DNA of 64,000 nucleotides from Alphaproteobacteria bacterium (GTDB lineage Bacteria; Pseudomonadota; Alphaproteobacteria; GM7ARS4; G965262615): NCBI GenBank assembly GCA_965262615.1, contig OZ253545.1, positions 608,001 to 672,000 of the forward strand, read 5' to 3'. Shown piece by piece: positions 59,605 to 64,000 of this stretch (position 1 is its first letter; each line of letters starts with the position of its first letter). The notes under the pieces were generated by a model. It saw only the letters and a program-made list of their open reading frames with translations, ran no database searches and was not told where the DNA came from. The position numbers and the translations under genes were made by a program.

Positions 59605-60185
59605 AGATGCAGCGCCGTGGCATCAGGCACAATCATGCCATCGTGATGACTCGCCATCAGCACCGCACCGCCAGTGGCACAATGATGAGCGAGCAATTGA
59701 TAGAGCCACTGGGTGTGATGCTGGTCAAGATGCTGTTCGGGTTCGTCTAAAATCCACAGTGTTTGCGGTGGTGTCATGGTGAGCGAGGCGATGGCGACCT
59801 TTTGTCGCTGTCCGGCGGACAGGCGGTCTATGGGGGTATGTCGCCATGAGTGCAACTGGCATTGCGTGATGCAATTGTGGGCGGCGGTGCGCGGCAGATT
59901 CCACAAGTCGCTGCGATGATTGAGATTGTGTTCCACCGACAGTGCGGGGGTGAGGGCATCTTCATGAGCCAGAAAAATTGCGCGCGGCGCGCGCATGGGA
60001 GGCGTACGGTGTCCTTTTTGCATGGGCAACAAGCCGTAGGCGAGGCGTAGCAGGGTGCTTTTGCCACTGCCATTCGCGCCCCGCACAATGACACAATCAC
60101 CCGTTTCAAGAGTGAGGGACACGCGCTGAAACAATGTGTGGCTTTCGCGGCGATAGGAAATATTCTGCAATCGGACAAAAGTCAT
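59601..60185 (-). CDS. ccmA: Heme ABC exporter ATPase CcmA
   Basis: GANGSGKSTLL, LSAGQ and WILDEP motifs; start uncertain (60185-60248). Confidence 0.92.
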   Translation of the reverse strand: MTFVRLQNISYRRESHTLFQRVSLTLETGDCVIVRGANGSGKSTLLRLAYGLLPMQKGHRTPPMRAPRAIFLAHEDALTPALSVEHNLNHRSDLWNLPRTAAHNCITQCQLHSWRHTPIDRLSAGQRQKVAIASLTMTPPQTLWILDEPEQHLDQHHTQWLYQLLAHHCATGGAVLMASHHDGMIVPDATALHL

Positions 60186-60250
60186 GGCGCATGGGTTGCT
60201 CTTGGCGGTGTGCTGGGTCATATTGAAGAAGGAAGCAGGGGAATGCAATC

Positions 60251-60628
60251 ATGGAGCTGACCATTCGTTTACGCACTCATTTTTGGGGTGTTTGTGTGGG
60301 AGAGGATTCTTTGGGCAATCGTTATTATCGCGATCGCCATTTTGGTTTTGGAGCGCGAGCAGGAGACAAGGAGCGTCGCTGGGTTGTGTATCATGACGAG
60401 GCGGAGGCATCAATGGTGACGGCGGCGTGGCATGGATGGTTGCATCACACAACCGATGACATTCCCAATGACATGGTGCACCATCCCTATGACTGGATGC
60501 GGGAGCATCAACCCAATCAGACAGGAACGGCGCGCGCATGGCACAGACAAGGCTCGCTTCATGACCAACACAGACGAGCCCATGCCACGGGTGATTATCA
60601 GCCGTGGATGGGAGGAGAGAGTCCATGA
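60251..60628 (+). CDS. NADH:ubiquinone oxidoreductase NDUFA12-family protein
   Basis: VGED..GNRYY, RRWVVY...AEAS.V...WHGWLH, N.TGT and GDY.PW motifs. Confidence 0.92.
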   Translation: MELTIRLRTHFWGVCVGEDSLGNRYYRDRHFGFGARAGDKERRWVVYHDEAEASMVTAAWHGWLHHTTDDIPNDMVHHPYDWMREHQPNQTGTARAWHRQGSLHDQHRRAHATGDYQPWMGGESP

Positions 60629-61086
60629 CATTATCATCGGAGCATCGGCGCGCCGTCATAGGTCTGAGTGCGCTGCTGGCATTGTTTGTGTTGCTGGTGG
60701 TGTCGCAAGGCGGTGAGCAAGATGATACGCAAGGGTATGAATTGCGGGCAGTATTCAATGATGTGACGGGGGTGCAAAGAGGCACGGTGGTGCGTTTGGC
60801 GGGAATTCCCATCGGGCATGTGACACAGATGACATTGATGACCGATGGCAAAGCTCAATTGGTGATGCGGGTGATGGATGACATTGAGATTCCCACCGAC
60901 AGTGCCATTGCGGTGCAAAAGGATGGATTGTTCGGCTCGACCGTTTTGGTGGTGGAGGTGGGCGGAGCGATGACGATGCTTGCGCCACAGACGCGTTTTT
61001 CGTACAGCGAGGATGCTTTGACGCTGGATGATTTGCTGGATGCGGTCATTCAGCAAGGAGAGCAAAACAAAAAGAAAAAGGGGTGA
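60625..61086 (+). CDS. MlaD/MCE-domain protein
   Basis: TM anchor; Y.L.A.F..V.G...G..V.LAG..IG.V and IP.DS......GLFG motifs. Confidence 0.88.
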   Translation: MTLSSEHRRAVIGLSALLALFVLLVVSQGGEQDDTQGYELRAVFNDVTGVQRGTVVRLAGIPIGHVTQMTLMTDGKAQLVMRVMDDIEIPTDSAIAVQKDGLFGSTVLVVEVGGAMTMLAPQTRFSYSEDALTLDDLLDAVIQQGEQNKKKKG

Positions 61087-61090
61087 TGAC

Positions 61091-61552
61091 ATGAACAAGG
61101 GTCAGTTGTTTGAAACACTGCTAGGCAGTGCGGTGCTGTTGGTGGCGGTGGGCTTTATCGGCTATGGCGCAACCACCATTGGTGAATGGGGCAAGGAGAG
61201 TGGCATCACCGAGCACGAGGCGCGCTTTTTGCGAGTGGGAGGATTACGCAAGGGAGCGGATGTTGTTTTGAATGGCGTGTCCATTGGCACGGTGACCTCC
61301 GTTGAATTGGATCAGCAGACCTATGAGGCGGTGGTGCACTTTGTCAAAGAACAAGACATTTCTCTGCCGATGGACAGTGCCGCCGCCATCGGCAGTGACG
61401 GGCTTACGGGGGGAAAATTTTTGATGATCAACACAGGTGTCGCCTCGCAATTTCTTGCCGATGGCGATGCCATTGCCCGCACCATTGATTATGAGTCCAT
61501 TGAGGACAAAGTCAGTCAGATTATTTTCCTCGCCGCAGGGGATGACGAATGA
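61091..61552 (+). CDS. mlaD: MlaD/MCE-domain protein (second copy)
   Basis: ETL.G..VL, F..VGGL..GADV...GV.IG.V and LP.DS.A.I.SDGL.GGKF motifs. Confidence 0.88.
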   Translation: MNKGQLFETLLGSAVLLVAVGFIGYGATTIGEWGKESGITEHEARFLRVGGLRKGADVVLNGVSIGTVTSVELDQQTYEAVVHFVKEQDISLPMDSAAAIGSDGLTGGKFLMINTGVASQFLADGDAIARTIDYESIEDKVSQIIFLAAGDDE

Positions 61553-61773
61553 TCGCCATGCCCCAATGGCGCACTCAAGAGGGAACGCCTCTCGCCTGCG
61601 AGGACAAAATTCAATTGCTCAATGAAAATGTGCAGGAATTGAACGGCTTGATGCAAGACGCGCTGGAAGAAATTGTTCTCATGGGTGGTGATGAGAATCA
61701 GTTGCGCCAGCTGTTGCATCAGATGATTGACACCATTCCGCCATGGCAGGAACGCCGCAAGCTGAGCGATTGA
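61549..61773 (+). CDS. Small conserved hypothetical protein
   Basis: W....G...AC.DKI..LNEN..EL...QDA.E...LMG.DE pattern; ATGA overlap with mlaD. Confidence 0.7.
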   Translation: MIAMPQWRTQEGTPLACEDKIQLLNENVQELNGLMQDALEEIVLMGGDENQLRQLLHQMIDTIPPWQERRKLSD

Positions 61774-61780
61774 TGACACC

Positions 61781-62167
61781 ATGACATCATGGCACAGGCA
61801 CTGGTTGTGGCTATGGACGCTGTGTGTGGTGACGGCATCGGTGAGCCATGCTCGTCCCATTGACCATGAGGCGGCGCATTTGCGGGTGTTGGATAAGGTG
61901 GCGGGCGATACCCAATTGCTCGCCATTGCCATTGGGGACATTGTGTCCTTTCGTTCCATTCAATTGTTGGTGCTGGCGTGTTACACGCAGCCGCCTGAGA
62001 AAACGCCCGAATCCGCCGCATGGATTGAGGTCTATAAGGATGATGAGGCTTTGTTCAAGGGGTGGATGTTTGCCTCCAGCCCCGCCCTCTCCTCTATGGA
62101 GCATGATGTCTATGATGTGTGGCTGGTGGATTGTGCCAAGACGGACAAAACAGACCCAGACAATTGA
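61781..62167 (+). CDS. DUF2155 domain protein
   Basis: Signal peptide; LDKV and F.GWMFASSPALS..EH.VYDVW.VDC motifs. Confidence 0.9.
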   Translation: MTSWHRHWLWLWTLCVVTASVSHARPIDHEAAHLRVLDKVAGDTQLLAIAIGDIVSFRSIQLLVLACYTQPPEKTPESAAWIEVYKDDEALFKGWMFASSPALSSMEHDVYDVWLVDCAKTDKTDPDN

Positions 62168-62766
62168 CGCGCGAAGGTTTTGGGTTGCTGCACAGCCGTG
62201 CGTAGCCGAGTGAGGTAATCTTTGCGCGTTATTTCAATCGCGCCAAATCGCTGTAAATGATGATTGAGAAATTGCACATCCAACAATGTGCATTGGCTTT
62301 GTTTGAGGTGAGCGATGAGATAGCACAGGGCGACTTTACTGCTTTCGCTCACCCGTGAGAACATGGTCTCTCCCGCAAAAAAGCCACCGATGTGAATGCC
62401 ATAGAGTCCGCCCACCAGTTGATTGTTCTGCCAGCACTCCACCGAATGGGCGTGTCCCATTTTATAGAGTTCCATGTGCATTTCTTGAATGGGCGGGGTG
62501 AGCCAAGTGTCATGACGCTCTTCACAGCGTTCGGCACAGGCGCGCACCACCCGCTCAAAGGAGCGGTCTATGTGAACATCAAAGGGATGTTTTTTCAGCA
62601 CCCGCTTCATGCTGCGAGACACATGAAACCGATGGAGAGGCAGAATGCCGCGCTGTTCGGGGTCAACCCACAAAACGCGATCCGAAGTGTACGAAGCCGC
62701 CATGGGAAACAAGCCGCAGGCATAGGCATGCAGAAGCATTTGCGGTCCCAGCAGTGGCAGACTCAT
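62110..62766 (-). CDS. aat: Leucyl/phenylalanyl-tRNA--protein transferase
   Basis: AYA.GLFPMA, AHSVECW, LVGGLYG, F.GE.MFS and LLDVQF motifs. Confidence 0.95.
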   Translation of the reverse strand: MSLPLLGPQMLLHAYACGLFPMAASYTSDRVLWVDPEQRGILPLHRFHVSRSMKRVLKKHPFDVHIDRSFERVVRACAERCEERHDTWLTPPIQEMHMELYKMGHAHSVECWQNNQLVGGLYGIHIGGFFAGETMFSRVSESSKVALCYLIAHLKQSQCTLLDVQFLNHHLQRFGAIEITRKDYLTRLRTAVQQPKTFARQLSGSVLSVLAQSTSHTS

Positions 62767-64000
62767 GATGTATCCTCGCGCGTGTTTGGGCGTTGTTCCA
62801 GCCATTTTTCTAGCCATTTGGTGTCATAGGCACAATCAAGAAAAGTGGCGTTGCGAATAAGATCATTGTGTAGGGGAATGGTGGTTGAAATGCCGTCAAT
62901 GACGAATTCCTCAAGGGCGCGTTTAAGGCGCATGAGACATTCGTTGCGCGTCTTGCCGTGGGTGATGAGTTTGGCGATGAGGCTGTCATAATAGGGCGGA
63001 ATGCGATAGCCGGCATAGAGGGCGGAATCCACCCGCACGCCCAGTCCCCCTGGTGCGTGATAGTCTTGCACCACGCCGGGGGCGGGGGTGAAGTTTGTGG
63101 GGTCTTCGGCATTGATGCGGCACTCTATGGCGTGTCCTGCCAGTTCAATATCCGCTTGCGCCAGTTCCAGATGACGATGGGCGGCGACATTGATTTGTTC
63201 CCGCACGAGGTCAATCCCCGTGATCATCTCGGTGATGGGGTGTTCCACCTGCAGACGGGTGTTCATTTCCATGAAATACCACTGTCCATTGGCAAAAAGG
63301 AATTCAATCGTGCCCGTGCTGACATAGCCGATTTTTTGCGCCAGCGAGACGGCATCATGACAAATGGCATCGCGTATTTCTTTGTTGAGGGCTGGCGAAG
63401 GGGCTTCTTCCAAGACTTTTTGATGGCGACGCTGCAACGAGCATTCTCGCTCGCCCAGATGGAGCGTTGTGCCGTGATGGTCGGCGAGAATTTGCACTTC
63501 TATGTGACGGCTGGAGGGCAGAAATTTCTCCAAATAAAGCGTGTCATCGCCGAATCCTTTGAGTGCTTCTTGGCGTGCGAGGGGGATGAGTTCGGTGAGC
63601 TCGGTTTGATTGTGCGCGATTTTCATGCCTCTGCCGCCGCCGCCTGCGGACGCTTTGATCATGACGGGATAGCCAATGGTGTCGGCTTTTTTCGTGGCAT
63701 CACCCATATCATGGCTGATGTCGGCACCGGGGATGATGGGCACGCCTGCCTTTTGGGCGATGCGGCGCGCCTGAGCTTTATCGCCCATAGATTGAATGTG
63801 CTGCGCGGTGGGTCCAATCCAAGTGATGCCGTGGTCGGTGACCATTTGGGCAAACGCCGCGTTTTCTGACAAAAAGCCGATACCGGGGTGAATGGCATCG
63901 GCATTGGTGACCACGGCGGCGGATATGATGGCGGCGGTGTTGAGATAGCTCTGATTGGATGGCGAGGGCCCAATGCAGACGCTTTCATCGGCAAGGCGCA
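62763..64000 (-). CDS. accC: Acetyl-CoA carboxylase biotin carboxylase (5' partial)
   Basis: HPG.GFLSEN, KASAGGGGRGM, ERECSLQRRHQK, EMNTRLQVEH and PPYYDSLIAK motifs; frame runs off the window end. Confidence 0.96.
   Translation of the reverse strand, partial: RLADESVCIGPSPSNQSYLNTAAIISAAVVTNADAIHPGIGFLSENAAFAQMVTDHGITWIGPTAQHIQSMGDKAQARRIAQKAGVPIIPGADISHDMGDATKKADTIGYPVMIKASAGGGGRGMKIAHNQTELTELIPLARQEALKGFGDDTLYLEKFLPSSRHIEVQILADHHGTTLHLGERECSLQRRHQKVLEEAPSPALNKEIRDAICHDAVSLAQKIGYVSTGTIEFLFANGQWYFMEMNTRLQVEHPITEMITGIDLVREQINVAAHRHLELAQADIELAGHAIECRINAEDPTNFTPAPGVVQDYHAPGGLGVRVDSALYAGYRIPPYYDSLIAKLITHGKTRNECLMRLKRALEEFVIDGISTTIPLHNDLIRNATFLDCAYDTKWLEKWLEQRPNTREDTS

Noticed and set aside
60625-61552. 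Tandem mlaD genes
   Set aside because: A familiar arrangement in the alphaproteobacterial NDUFA12-mlaD-DUF2155 locus.

Overview
A gene-dense window from an alphaproteobacterial chromosome; the synteny looks Rhodospirillales-like, which is an inference. Most of it is housekeeping: acnA (partial), fur, olsB/olsA-like acyltransferases, miaB-phoH-ybeY-corC-lnt-HTH-metK-trmB, glnE, AsmA/YhdP-like, tyrS, fhs, hslVU, ihfB-like, cobW-cobN-cobO, pyk, rpmJ, map-radC-sfsA-cinA-like, gap, thiE, epmA/epmB, ccmABCDEFGH-cycH, NDUFA12-mlaD-mlaD-DUF2155, aat and accC (partial). The main feature is a non-flagellar type III secretion (T3SS) locus of about 15 kb (21444-36708) in two divergent operons. It encodes a pore-forming translocon of the animal-pathogen type (SycD, SctE, SctB), a Bsp22/SseB-like tip or filament protein, a second larger tip-like protein, a YopN-TyeA fused gatekeeper, SycN/SctX/SctY, SctV and SctJKLNOPQ. 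sctC, D, F, I, R, S, T and U were not recognised in this window. A BtrS/HrpL-like ECF sigma factor and a BtrV-like STAS protein lie about 1.5 kb away, and an hrp-box-like promoter precedes the tip/translocon genes, giving a Bordetella-like regulatory layout. Other oddities: a tandem-duplicated RadC with one degenerate and one intact JAB/MPN domain, a strong-SD upstream ORF overlapping the sigma factor start, and divergent gene pairs with almost no intergenic DNA. No tRNA, rRNA, CRISPR array or mobile element was recognised. All family calls come from motif recognition by eye, not database searches.
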